Made by a program: the position numbers and the translations under genes | Shown here: positions 1-21,642 of the stretch, in pieces | Position numbering within the stretch: the stretch's first letter is position 1 | Layout of the letters: every line of letters starts with the position of its first letter | Notes under the pieces: model-generated | Databases searched by the model: none | Told to the model about the DNA's origin: nothing | The model's input: the letters and a program-made list of their open reading frames with translations, nothing else | NCBI GenBank assembly: GCA_012295275.1 | Contig: CM022676.1 | Span: 12,028,001-12,092,000 of the forward strand | From: Chrysomallon squamiferum | Taxonomy: Eukaryota; Animalia; Mollusca | Direction: 5' to 3' | Length of the DNA: 64,000 nucleotides

Positions 1-19
1 TATAAATGGATGTATGGAT

Positions 20-340
20 CTATGTATGTATGTATGTATGTACGTATGTATGTACATATGTATGTATGTATGTACGTATGTATGTACGTATGTATGTGTA
101 TGTACGTATGTATGTATTATGTACGTATGTATGTATTATGTATGTATGTATGTATGTATGTATGTATGTACGTATGTATGTATGTATGTATGTACGTACG
201 TACGTACGTACGTATGTATGTATGTATGTATGTATGTATGTATGTATGTATGTATGTATGTGTGTATGTATGTATGTATGTATGTATGTATGTACGTATG
301 TATGTATGTATGTATGTATGTATGTATGTATGTATGTATT
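20..340. repeat. (TATG)n microsatellite; another copy at about 14956-15383
   Basis: Direct reading. It explains the MYVC/HTYI ORFs in the track. Confidence 0.95.
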
Positions 341-384
341 AGAGAGAGAGCACATGTTAAACTGTTTTCACGTGTGTATTTCAG

Positions 385-2115
385 GAGACAGTCTCAGTGC
401 CAGTCACAGTGGGATGAGTTTCTCCACCGCGGACAAAGACGCTGACGTGTATCCGTCAAACTGCGCGCAGATACATCGCAGTGGCTGGTGGTTCAGCAAC
501 TTGCTACATCTCCAACCTGAACGGCGTCTACCAGACTGGCGTGGTGTGGAAGTCGTGGTTGGGGATTTCCTACTCGCTCAAATCCACCGTCATGAAAATC
601 AGGCCTCGACCGCTGCTGGAGAGCGAGAAAACAACGACAACATCATATCCCACGACAACAACAACGACAACGGCTGTCCCGACCACAGTCACGACAATTC
701 AGTATCCCACGACAACACCAACGACAACGGCTGTACCGACCACTGTCACGACACCTTCATATCCCACGACAACAACAACGACAAATGTTCCAACAACTTC
801 ACCAGAGCCGACATATACTCCTACAACCGCTTCATCACCACCAACTACGACAGCAACATCTGTACCAACAACGACGCCTTTACCACAAACAACTGTACCA
901 CCAACAACGACAGCAACACCTCTACCACCAACAACTGTACCACCAACAACGACGCCTTCACCTCAAACAACTGTACCACCAACAACAACGACAGCAACAC
1001 CTCTACCACCAACAACTGTACCACCAACAACGACGACAGCAACACCTCTACCACCAACAACTGTACCACCAACAACTGTACCGCCAACAACTGTACCACC
1101 AACAACGACGCCTTCACCACAAACAACTGTACCACCAACAACGACAGCAACACCTCTACCACCAACAACTGTACCACCAACAACGACGCCTTCACCACAA
1201 ACAACTGTACCACCAACAACGACAGCAACACCTCTACCACCAACAACTGTACCACCAACAACGACGCCTTCACCACAAACAACTGTACCACCAACAACGA
1301 CAGCAACAGCTCTACCACCAACAACTGTACCACCAACAACGACGCCTTCAGCACAAACAACTGTACCACCAACAACTGTACCACCAACAACGACGCCTTC
1401 AGCACAAACAACTGTACCACCAACAACTGTACCACCAACAACGACGCCTTCACCACCAACAACTATACCACCAACTACGACAGCAACACCTCTACCACCA
1501 ACAACTGTACCACCAACAACGACGCCTTCACCACAAACAACTATACCACCAACAACTACGACAGCAACACCTCTACCACCAACAACTGTACCACCAACAA
1601 CGACGCCTTCAGCACAAACAACTGTACCACCAACAACTGTACCACCAACAACGACGCCTTCACCTCAAACAACTGTACCACCAACAACGACGACAGCAAC
1701 ACCTCTACCACCAACAACTGTACCACCAACAACTGTACCACCAACAACGACGCCTTCAGCACAAACAACTGTACCACCAACAACTGTACCACCAACAACT
1801 GTACCACCAACAACGACGCCTTCAGCACAAACAACTGTACCACCAACAACTGTACCACCAACAACGACGCCTTCACCACAAACAACCGTACCAACAACTA
1901 CGACAGCAACACCTCTACCACCAACAACTGTACCACCAACAACGACGCCTTCACCACAAACAACTGTACCACCAACTACGACAGCAACACCTCTACCACC
2001 AACAACTGTACCACCAACAACGACACCTTCACCACAAACAACTGTACCACCAACAACTACAACAGCAACAGCTGCACTACCAACAACTACGCCAACAACT
2101 ACCATAATGGCATAA
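385..2115 (+). CDS. Terminal exon of a fibrinogen-related (FReD) gene whose upstream exons lie outside the window, fused to a Pro/Thr-rich mucin-like tail; one +1 frameshift at about 501
   Basis: Acceptor tttcag|GA at 384/385 (phase 1). Reads GDSLSASHSGMSFSTADKDADVYPSNCAQIHRSGWWFSN, then after one extra T continues CYISNLNGVYQTGVVWKSWLGISYSLKSTVMKIRP, the FReD C-terminal motifs. About 490 aa of TTVPP/TTTPSPQ/TTTATPLPP repeats follow, to TAA at 2113-2115. Pseudogene versus assembly indel cannot be decided from this sequence. Confidence 0.8.
631..2100 (+). repeat. Coding modular minisatellite (15-, 21- and 27-bp modules) forming the mucin tail
   Basis: Modules ACAACTGTACCACCA (TTVPP), ACAACGACGCCTTCACCACAA (TTTPSPQ) and ACAACGACAGCAACACCTCTACCACCA (TTTATPLPP) are shuffled without breaking the reading frame. 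Confidence 0.9.
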
Positions 2116-2533
2116 AGTGGACGTTGATGCAGAATACAGGACGTGTGTGTCTTGTTAACATAATTTTACTTATTTATTGAAGAGGAAGTCGTGTAGAACA
2201 TCATATCAACTAACAGATCATATGTTAAATTTGTACATCAGTTACTGAAAATACATTGAAATCATATACAACTATATAGACAACATATGTAAACTGTATA
2301 AAACTTTAATTATATACAACATACGCAAATTATATAAAACTGTACAATATACGCATATTTATAGAATATGTATAATATTGTATAATATAAGTAAACTATA
2401 TAGAGCTATAATTATGTATAATACACTTAAACTATATAAAACTTACATGAATTCAGTAAAAATGATACATGGAATATGTTTTTATTTTCTTTAATTTATT
2501 TTATTAACAAATGTTTGTTGTTTATTTGTTTTT

Positions 2534-2569
<36 letters not shown>

Positions 2570-2591
2570 AACTATTACACTATTTTATGCT

Positions 2592-2623
<32 letters not shown>

Positions 2624-3626
2624 TCTGTTTATATATTATGACTGCTGCCACTACATAAACTAATCATATCTACAACCTCTTTGTCAGTTTTCTTAAGACA
2701 CTACACCTTTATATCGCTTAAGAAAGATAACTGCGTAAGATTATGAACATTCTTGTTATCTCCCTTTATTAATTTCTTATATTAAATAATATGATTGATT
2801 GTAGTGGTAGCAGCAGCTGTTGTAGTAATAGTTGTACTAGTGGAGGTAGTAGTTATAGTAGTAGTTGTCGTAGTAGTAGTTGTGGTTGTTCTTTTTCTAG
2901 TAGTAGTTACATTACTTGATAATAATAATTCAGGTAATACATAAATTGAACCATTAACATTCAGTTACTTTCATTTTGTTGTTGCTGTTGACGGTGATTT
3001 TGTTCTAGTGGTCTTAGCGCGGGGGGACAATTGCTGCTGTCGTTGTAACATTTGGTGATGTAGTTTATATAATTTGTCACGACAGCCACGGTGTATCAGA
3101 GGTTCGTTGTTAGTGTACTGTACAAGATGTCTGTTTATGAACACAAGTAAAAAGAACTTAGAAATAAAAATTGTAATACGAATATTCGTTTTTGTTTACT
3201 TTGTTACTTTTATTCATTCGTTCATCCATTTATCTGAGTGTCCATCTGTCTTTCTCTCGGTCTGCCTGCCCTTCTATTTATTTATTTAAATATTTATTTA
3301 TTTATTAGTTTGTTTATTTTATTAGTTATACTGTGTAAGTAGATATGTTATTGTTGACGTATGAATAAAACAGAAGAAAGTTATCGTTTACGTTGGTAGA
3401 TTTCGTAATAATAACAGTAAGAACAACGACAACAACAGTAACAATAAAAATAACTAATAATAACAATACGTTAACAACAACAACAACAGCAACAGCAACA
3501 ACAACAACAACTATAATAATAATAAAATAGAAATAATAATAATAATAGTAGTAAGAGTAATAATAATATTAATAATAATAATAAAATAATAATAATATAA
3601 TAATATAATAATAATAATAATAATAA

Positions 3627-3713
<87 letters not shown>

Positions 3714-4475
3714 CCAACAACAACAACACCTGATATGATAATAATCTAATTTTACTGATTAATATCAGAATGTCTGTGCAGACTTGCGTTGTTTCACTGC
3801 AGAATGAATCGTGTGACACGGTTTAGAACGGGAATTAGCACACACACAGCACTGAGAAGCACAGATCCTGTGAACCTTCCGTTCCTAGACGAATTTAAAA
3901 AAAAATTAATAATAATAAAATAAATTTATGTTTCGATACCTCTGCAACTACTGATTGGCTATGATATCTGTCTATCTGTCTGTCTATATATCTGTCTATC
4001 TATCTGTCTATCTGTCTGTCTATCTATCTGCCTTTTAGTCTGTCTGTCTGTCTCTCTGTTTGTCTGTTCGCAGACTGACAGATAAAAATGTTAAACGGTT
4101 CTCAGTGAACTGAAGAATAACTGCAAAAAGAAAGAAACAAGAAAATGAGGGAGGTAAGAAAGAATTAATATAAAAAAATGGAACAAATAAAAAGGAATGA
4201 AAAAAAAGAAAGAGAAAAAGAAAAGGAAAGAAACAAAAAATAAAGAAACAAAGAAAGAAACAAAGAACAGACAAACAAATGAAAACGGAATAAACGTTCC
4301 AGGAAGACAAATGAATGGAATTTAGTGAATACAAAATTCTTACAAATTTCTCATTTTCCTTCTGTGCACGTATATCTGTTTGCGTGTGTGTGTATATGTG
4401 TATGTGTGTGTTTATGTGTGTGTATATGTGTATGTGTGTATGTGTCTGTATGTGTATGTATGTGTGTGTGTGTAT

Positions 4476-4514
<39 letters not shown>

Positions 4515-4575
4515 TGTGTGTATGTATGTGTATGTATGTGTGTGTTTATGTGTGTGTGTTTATGTGTGTGTGTAT

Positions 4576-4623
<48 letters not shown>

Positions 4624-5046
4624 TGAGATAACGTGTTATGTGTTTTTTTTGAGTGCAGCAGCTACTGGAGAACGTTTGATAATTCTGTGTCACTGTATCT
4701 GTCACTGTGAGATCGTTACACTTGTACAGATTATAGATCGCTTTCCGTCGAGTGAACCGAGAACGAAAAGCAGCAGCCGAACATCAGCAGAGGTAAATAA
4801 AGAAACACAAACAGATTGGAGATCTTCATTAGTAAAGAGAAAAAAATGTTTTATATGCCTGGTTATTGTTAAGGAAGAAATATTTTTTCTATTCGGCTCG
4901 TCATCGTGAAAATATCGAAAGAATAAAAGCGTTTAATGGACGCTGATTTCCAGGACAAGGAAAAATAAAAAAATAAAAGAGGAGGAAAGAGAAACACGGA
5001 ATCTGTTTTCGTCAAAGTTCGGCGTACGACGTCAACTGCTGGGACG

Positions 5047-11618
<6,572 letters not shown>

Positions 11619-11643
<25 letters not shown>

Positions 11644-11885
11644 TAGATACGTACAGATACGATTTCCCCCTGTTATTTATTACGTCATGTCATACATTAG
11701 GATACGACCTTCACCTCTTATTTAATAGATACGTACAGATACGATTTCCCCCTGTTATTTATTACGTCATGTGATACATTAGGATACGACCTTCACCTCT
11801 TATTTAATAGATACGTACAGATACGATTTCCTCATGTTATTTAATACGTCATGTTATACGCATAGATACCTCACCTCTTAATTAA
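11619..11885 (+). repeat. 82-bp tandem repeat (3 copies plus a partial) spanning the stop codon of exon 5a
   Basis: Units begin gatacgaccttcacctctt at 11619, 11701 and 11783, with a partial near 11865. Confidence 0.85.
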
Positions 11886-11931
11886 AACGTCCTGTGAGAT
11901 GAATGCATATGTATGTATGTATGTGTATATA

Positions 11932-12013
<82 letters not shown>

Positions 12014-12400
12014 TATATATATATATATATACGACCTTCCATTATTATCTAATACGTCCTGTGAAATGTATAGATACGATTTTGTCCTTTTTTTAATTCG
12101 TTAAAACATGTTAAAATATTTTGAATTCAGTCTTGTACAGATATACGACTGAAACAAATAAAAATAGAGTCAGAATATGTGAAATACACATTGCTGTTGT
12201 TCAGTTTCCTCTGGTTTCTCTCTTGTACATAACACACGTTTTAATAAAGAACCATTGACAGTCATAAATAAAGATTTGATTAATAAAATAAAACAGTCAA
12301 AGCTCACAGTAGTTACGTTTTATTTTATCACTTTTTCTTTTTCTCCTTCCCTGTTTCTCCTTTACTCTCATTCCATCTTTATATTTCTGTCTATATGTCT

Positions 12401-12482
<82 letters not shown>

Positions 12483-12803
12483 GTCTGTCTGTCTCTCTGC
12501 CTCTCTCTCTCCTATTTTTCTATTATGAGAATTTTAAATTATGTGTGAATATTATTTTTTTATTATTAAATTTCTAACCAATATGAATATTAATTACAAT
12601 AACTTTTAACAACCCTTATGTCAAAACATATACAAATAAATATAAAATTTTCAAAAAAATAATAATAATAATAATAAAAAGTAAAAAATAAGATAATAAA
12701 CAAACTTAGAAGAAACAAAAAAAAAATTATAATAAATGGGTGGAATAATTAATAAATTATTCAAATTACGACGTAATGTTAATACTGATCACGTGACTTT
12801 TAG

Positions 12804-13060
12804 GTGACTCCCTGAGCGTTCACAGCGGACACAACTTCACGACGAAGGATCGAGACTTGGACTCGAGGGAGGCTAACTGTGCCCTGCTGTACAAGGGGGC
12901 GTGGTGGTACCACGACTGTCACTCGTCTAACTTAAACGGGTTGTATCTCCATGGAAACCACTCGTCATATGCTGACGGAGTCAACTGGCTCTCGTTTCGA
13001 GGATATTACTACTCTGTGAAAACCAGTGTGATGAAGATACGACCTTCACCTCTTGTTTAA
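12804..13060 (+). CDS. Second intact FReD terminal exon (5b), putative alternative last exon of the 5047-11643 gene
   Basis: Acceptor cacgtgacttttag|GT. 257 nt, the same length and phase as exon 5a. Encodes [85 protein letters not shown]. No upstream FReD exons were seen between 5a and 5b. It has its own AATAAA at 13275. Confidence 0.85.
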
Positions 13061-13348
13061 TAGACACGTACAGATACGAGTTCCCGTCTTACTTAATACG
13101 TCCTGTGATATGAATATATATATGTATATGTATTGAATTCGTCAAGACATGTTAAACTGTTTTTGGATTCAGTATTGTACAGAGATACGATTGAATGAAT
13201 TAAACATAGAGCCAGAATACTGTGAACTGTTTTCAACTTCTTTTGGTCTCGTTCTTGTAGATAACATATGTTTTAATAAAGAACAGTTGCTGGTCAATGC
13301 AGACTTGTTTAATACAATAAAACATTCAAAGTTCACAGCAGTCGTCTT

Positions 13349-13468
<120 letters not shown>

Positions 13469-14102
13469 GTCTCTGTCTCTGCCTGTCTGTCTATATCTGT
13501 CTCTCTCGCTGTATCTCTCTGTCTCTCTCTGTCTCTCTCTGAGTGTCTGTCTCTCTATCTATCTGTCTATCTATCTAACTATTCGTCTTGTTGTCTATCC
13601 ATATCTCCATATCTGTCTTTTCGTTCATAAATTATCCTTTATAGCGAACTTTTCTTTCTTTGCTCAAAAGACAGACAGAATAGGAAATAGATAAATAAGT
13701 ATACAGACATACAGATAGACAGACAGACAACCATGCAGACATAACTAAAACCACAAACACGGAGAAGGACCTGTGTTTGTACACGTCCAGATTACTGAAC
13801 TTATTATACAACTGTTTAAAAAGAAAACAAAATAAAGTGAGATAATAGAACTTGTGAAGTGGACTCACAACAGTCAGTGTATTGATTGAGGTGAAATTAT
13901 CAGTGAGGCTGCTGCTGCTGCAGAATTGATTGTTAGGTAACGTAATTAGTGACAGTGGCTATTTTAGAGTGGCAGTAAAACTCAGTGAATGGGACTCATA
14001 GAGATTTCACTTTGATTAAGATAAACTGTTTACTTGCATGTCTGTTCTCTAACACGTAAACACAAAATATTGTGATCTCGTTTTCCTGTTCTCCTTCCAT
14101 GC

Positions 14103-14458
<356 letters not shown>

Positions 14459-14675
14459 CGACGTTGTATTTACTGTTTGCTGGTATGTTCACGGTCTACT
14501 TCGGTGATATTGACTGCGTCACGAGATTAATGGATTGGAAATATTAACATTGGTTGTTGTTACGGATCGTGTAATTTTGTAATCACGTGTTGCTAATTAC
14601 ACGAAACACTCCCCCCGCGTAAAATAATAAGTGATTGATGTTCTTTGTGCGTGAATTGTTGTTGTTGTTATTGTT

Positions 14676-14744
<69 letters not shown>

Positions 14745-15279
14745 GTTATTGTTATTATTATTATTATTATCATCATCATCATTATTATTATTATTATTAT
14801 TATTATTGTTATTATTTTAATTATTTGCATGTTATCCTTTACTTACTAGTAATAAATTCTATTCGTTCGTTTTGTTTAGTCTTTATTTCTTAACAGTCTT
14901 GGTTTTCCGACTGTAAATTTAATTTATGGATTTTATTTTAAAATGTTATGTCTAGTATGTATGTATGTATGTATGTATGTATGTATGTATGTATGTGTGT
15001 ATGTATGTATGTATGTATGTATGTATATATGTATGTATGTATATATGTATGTATGTGTGTATGTATGTATGTATGTATGTGTGTGTATGTATGTATGTAT
15101 GTATGTATGTATATATGTATGTATGTATGTATGTATATATGTATGTATGTGTGTATGTATGTATGTATGTATGTATGTGTGTGTATGTATGTATGTGTGT
15201 GTATGTATGTATGTATGTAAGTATGTATGTATGTATATATGTATGTATGTATGTATATATGTATGTATGTATGTATGTA

Positions 15280-15378
<99 letters not shown>

Positions 15379-15925
15379 ATGTAGTTTATCTTTGCCACTA
15401 CAGTTTACTAATACTGAATAGTGAGAGTTTTGCTTGGACTGAGTCACTGGTGAAACAAACACATCAACATCAGCCACAACGACATATGAATATTAACAGC
15501 CTCACTTTAACACCAATGTCGTTGGCTCATAGCATATGAATATTGATAACTTCGCTATACGCGCTGAACATTGACAGTCACGTCAATCACAACGACACAT
15601 GAATATTTACAACAACAGATTTGTTGTGACTCAGCAGATTCATATTAAATCATAACAGCTCTTTGTTTAATGTATTCTGAGGAGAGTTTCCGCCTGCTTG
15701 GCCTTTCCGTACTAACAAAAATAGATTTCCCGCGCTTTGTTAGGTTAGCGCTTCCGTTGATGGTTACTAAGCGATAATAGTTTCTATGTCGCTATAGGAA
15801 TTAATGTAACACATCCATCACGAGTTTGTTAATATTAACAGTCACAGCTTATGCATATTCACTACCACAGCTTATTAATATTAATCAACATCACAGGTTA
15901 TGAATATTCATTAACCTCGTTGTAG

Positions 15926-16185
15926 GGACTCGCTCGTGATTCATAACGGTCGTGATGTCACAACGAAAGACGCTGATGACGACATTCTGACGAACTGCGC
16001 TGTGGTGTTCAGAGGGGCGGGGTGGGTTTTTGACCGCCATTTCTCCAATCTGAACGGACAACACTTGAGAGGAAACCAGACAACCTACGCAGACGAGACA
16101 GACAGTCTGGTCGGAGTTTACAGGTTTCACCTACTCTCTGAAAACTGCTGTCGTGAAGATTAGATCCTCAGTTTTAGTCATCTGA
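15926..16185 (+). pseudogene. Decayed third FReD terminal exon (psi-5c)
   Basis: Follows ttgtag|. Reads DSLVIHNGRDVTTKDADDDILTNCAVVFRGAGWVFDRHFSNLNGQHLRGNQTTYAD, then a frameshift, then VWSEFTGFTYSLKTAVVKIRSSVLVI*. Conserved WW is GW, CH is RH, and the acceptor is one base out of phase. Confidence 0.8.
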
Positions 16186-16387
16186 ACATCTCTCCTCACC
16201 GCAGTCGTGTCCACAACGCTTCAACTTACATTCATTTTCTATTTATTTATTTACTTTTAAAATTTATTTAGATTGCAACATTTTTGTTGTTGTTTGTTAT
16301 AAAGCAATTTTGTTCATCTGTTGATGTCATCTTGTATTTGTGTTTCTTATTTAAAATTTTATTGTCCAAGGGTGTCTGTGTGTGTGT

Positions 16388-16502
<115 letters not shown>

Positions 16503-16733
16503 CCTCAACTACTTTCTCTCCTTTCTCTTTAACACAACAGTGTCATTATCTACGGTTACAATAAATTTTATTATCACTAGCATCATTGTTTTTACTTATT
16601 GTTGATGTTAATGTATTATATTTATATGAAAATCTAACGATTAATTTGCAGTGGCCTAATGTTCACATTTATTGTTGACAAGGTTGGGGATCAGTCAATC
16701 AATCAATAGTTCGTAATGAAGGAGGAAAGTTTG

Positions 16734-16764
<31 letters not shown>

Positions 16765-17335
16765 GAGCTTGATTTCTAAATAATTGCGTGTATCGTGTCA
16801 CAAATACAAAAAAAAAAAAATACGTTATTCATAAAAGTACATTTACCCAAGAAAAAAGTAAAAAAGTAAAAAAAAAAAATAGAGAAAAAAAATAAAAGGA
16901 AAATAAAAAAGTATAACATAACGTGTAGTATAACGTACAGGAAGAAATAAATAAATAAAATATAATGGAAAGAGAAAACACAAATAACAGAAGGAAAGAA
17001 ACGTTCTAAGTGAAAAATTCAGCGAATCTAAGAGAAGCAGTCGCCGCGACCGACTGAGTCAGAGTGGTTGGCGTTGTCTGAGGCTAATTGCTGGAACCAG
17101 CGATCAATCTGTGTAACTCTGAACTGAATTCCTCGCATAACAAATCTCTTTACTGGTTTCCTTTCCGCGCTTTGTCGTCTGAAATGAACTCATTTTTTTC
17201 TTATTAGTTTTCTTTCTTTCTTTATTTTTTTATGTTTGTTTTTTTCCGGCTTACCACCATTCAGAAGTATTCACTCACATTAATGGTTTGAGAAATACTA
17301 AAAGGACTGGAAATATTTTACTTAATGACCAGTTC

Positions 17336-17461
<126 letters not shown>

Positions 17462-18133
17462 GTATTTACCTATCTGTCTATCTATATTTTTATGTGTATA
17501 TGCAGCTATATCAGTCTCTCTGCCTCTTTGTCTGTCTGTCTGTCGGTGTACATGTTGTATGTACGTCTGTCTGTGTACATGTTGTATGTATGTCTGTATG
17601 TCTGTCTGTGTGAATGACTGTCCTCGCTGTGTCATCTAGCTTTTCACAGGACGTTGTCTTTTCACCTCATCGAACTCACAAACGTTTACAAATCGATGAA
17701 CACAAAGTTACATGAAATTACACGACAGCCATTTCAAAGAGAAAACGACAGATTAAAGTTTTTTTTAATCGATAAAATCGTTTTATCGAACTCTCGCTCG
17801 CTGCTCGTTACAAAACTCACTTACAGCACGTGAACTTTCCTAACACAGCAAGACGTGTTCACGTGACAACGGCGAGTCAACGTGATGACGTAACCGACAG
17901 GAAACGCGACAGGACTGGGGTTCGAGTCACGCAGGTGACGTCTGACAGAGTAACAAGTAGCGGAAAGAGTTGAAGGTTTTGGTGAACGAATCTACGTATT
18001 TGACGTGGAAATCGTGAAAATAGTTTTATCTTTTCATCCCCACCATTTGTATCTTCACTAGGAAGAAAATAAAAGAAAAAATAATAGCATTGCTTTATTC
18101 CTGCTTATGAGAGACCAGAAACAGAGGGAGGGA

Positions 18134-18207
<74 letters not shown>

Positions 18208-18219
18208 AGGGGGGGAGGG

Positions 18220-18366
<147 letters not shown>

Positions 18367-18373
18367 AGGGAGG

Positions 18374-18475
<102 letters not shown>

Positions 18476-19171
18476 AGAGGGCACACAATACTGTTACTAT
18501 GGTAGAAGTAGAAGTTGTAGTAGTAACAGTAGTTGTAGTAGCTGAAGATGTAGTAGTAATGGTAGTAACAGTTGTAGCAGTAACAACTGTAACAACAGGA
18601 ACAGGTAGAGGGAACAGTAGTAAAAGTATTTTAAATACATTTCAGCGTCTACAAATATAACTATATATATATGTATATATATATATATACATAATTTACA
18701 TACACACATACACACGGACACACACACATACACACAAACACACAAACATAACCTGAGAAAAACAAACAAGTGAGTTCACACGCTCTCTAGTCACACATCA
18801 CCAACCTCCCGTGAGGAATTTAAGCCAAGCGATCACGGAACTTGCCGAACGTCGACGTAACCTGATCGCTCGTGTTAAAGAGGCAATGCCGTGATTTAAA
18901 CGAGGTTTGAGAAACTCACAACAGCAGCTGGTCTCAGTGCGGAGTTTCCAGTGCGGTCAGGACACACTGATATCACACACGTGCGTCAAATACTTTACTG
19001 ACGTAAACTCGTTGATTGAACGCGAACGTTCAGCTGGATTTTCTGATAGAGATCGGTTACCGGTTCATTAATCACCTCGCTTAACTTTAATCATTGCATA
19101 TTATTCTCTTTTTTTTTTAAATTTTATTATTATTATTTTTTTTTTTTATTACTTATTATTATTTCATTATT

Positions 19172-19230
<59 letters not shown>

Positions 19231-19272
19231 TATATATTTATTTAATAAAAAAAATTTCAGTATATATATATT

Positions 19273-19314
<42 letters not shown>

Positions 19315-20003
19315 TTATTTCTCTTTTTTTTTATTTTGGCAGAGGATTCTTTGTTATTTTTGCTTTTATTTCGCTTTATTATAGTTTGCTGTTGTTATAC
19401 TTTTGTTTTTATATTATCTTATCTTATTTATTTATTTATTTATAAGACAAACGTATGTATATATATTTACATATTTGTGTATGTCAGTGTGTATATGTAT
19501 GCGTGCCTATATATATGTATATATGTATGTTGTTTATATATAAGTGTGTGTGATTCATATACCTATACACCCAATGGTATACATCGTTTTTAACGATGAT
19601 GACTACGAGTACAACAACAACGACGACAACAACAACAACAATAACAACAACAATAATAATAATAGTAATAATTAACTGTATGAATGACAGCGGTATACAA
19701 AAACGTCCACATGTCTGTTACAACGTCTGTCAGAAAGGATTTGACACGAATAAGAAAACTGACGTTCTTAGATGGAGTCACAGATACAACTGTTCAAAAC
19801 TAATCCCCAAACACCACGACCTCTCACCTCTGTCCTTTTAGTGTTATCAATATCTTTGCTGGTGTCGGGTATTAAAATGTTTTTGATAATGTCAGAATCA
19901 CAGCACTGTGGGAGTTTATGTGCAGCTGTGTGTGGTACGTATTCCGAATACCTGTTATTTTCTTGTGGTTATTATTATTATTGTTGTTATTATTGTTATT
20001 ATT

Positions 20004-20037
<34 letters not shown>

Positions 20038-20148
20038 TGATGTTGTTGCTTTTTCTTGTCTGTTGTTTGAACTCTTATTTATAATCATCATAACTTTTTT
20101 GTTGTTCTCTTTCTTCTTCTTCTTTTTCTTCTTCTTCTTCTTCTTCTT

Positions 20149-20179
<31 letters not shown>

Positions 20180-20711
20180 TTATTATTATTATTATTTTTT
20201 TTTATTGTTTTGTTGTTGTTGTTTTTATTGTTGGTGTTGTTACTGTCGTTGTTGACGTTGTTGTTGTAACTAGCAGTAGCAGCACCATTAGTATCATTAT
20301 ATTTAGAATAACAGTAGTTGTAGAAGTAATGACAGTAACTATAATATTGGTAGCAATAGACATAGTTGTACTACTAGTAGTATAAAGACTTTGTATAGAC
20401 AGTACATTACAGTGAGCTTTGTACTCAGATATAGTAACAATACTAGTAGTATAAAGACTTTGTATAGTCAGTACATTACAGTGTGGTTTGTATTCAGAAA
20501 TGTATTGTTCCAAACATTTCGCCTTTAATTGAAAACAAAGAAAACTGGTTTTGAAAATCACTGAACAGAGACTGAAACAGTTCAAATAACTAAGCGTTTT
20601 CTGTTGTCATTTCCCTACCACAGAACTGTAATAACAGCAGTAGTCACGTTTTACAGTCTTTGTTTTTTTATAGTTATGTGATCATTATTTTTACATTTGT
20701 TATTCTTAGTA

Positions 20712-20751
<40 letters not shown>

Positions 20752-21231
20752 CATTGATATTGTTATTGTTGTCGTTATTATTTTATTATTATTATTATTG
20801 TTATTACTACTACTACTACGACTACGACTTCTGCTAATTTACACTACAACTACTTCTATTATTAAATCTGCGCCTTCTGTCACAAAAGACACAAATATTC
20901 TGAGAGCCTAGTTAAGCTCCTGGTAATGTGTTCTTTCAGTAAACACTAACAAAATGTGTCTCTTTGATTTGAATGTTAAATTATATTTCATCCAGGGCTT
21001 AACACGATTCTTCAGTTTAATTCTGATACTCACATATTTATAGCTGTGTATTGATCAGTATTTTCCTAACGACCGTAAACCACAGTAAACAAAAGCAAAC
21101 AAAAACTTAACAACTTATTTATTTACATGAAATAGCAGAGTTCAGAATCGTTTGTGACGATGTACTATGTGATGTATTCACCACAGAAATATCTTCATTA
21201 AGTCACCAGTGAATGTCATTCCTGAAATATA

Positions 21232-21298
<67 letters not shown>

Positions 21299-21642
21299 CA
21301 TAATCATAATCATAATCATAATCATAATGAATATAATAATTATTATTATATATACATAAAGAAAGACACATATACCTACATACATACATACACACATTTA
21401 TAATATAAAACAAATCATGAAAGAAAGAAAGAATTACTGTAAGTATTCTTACAGTTGTGTTTTATGTTGTTCGGTTCTTGTTCTTTGCTGTTTTGTTTTG
21501 CATTTTTTCTGCAGGAGCGGGTTTTTTTTTCATGTTTAATCCTTTTTTCTGTTTTTTTTTTTTTCTTTATGGGCAGGTGTAGTTGTTTTATACATTTGTT
21601 TTATTTCCTGTACTATTTTTACATGTTTTTCAGAACAACGCA

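Noticed and set aside
6-445. ORFs of MYVC/HTYI type, and all SLSL, RERE, poly-I/L/F/Y and VCVC ORFs across the track
   Set aside because: They are translations of (TATG)n, (CT)n, (ATT)n, (TTC)n and (GT)n microsatellites, with no domain content or exon context.
785-2107. His/Gln/Leu-rich + strand ORF and Val-rich - strand ORFs
   Set aside because: Shadow frames of the mucin repeat.
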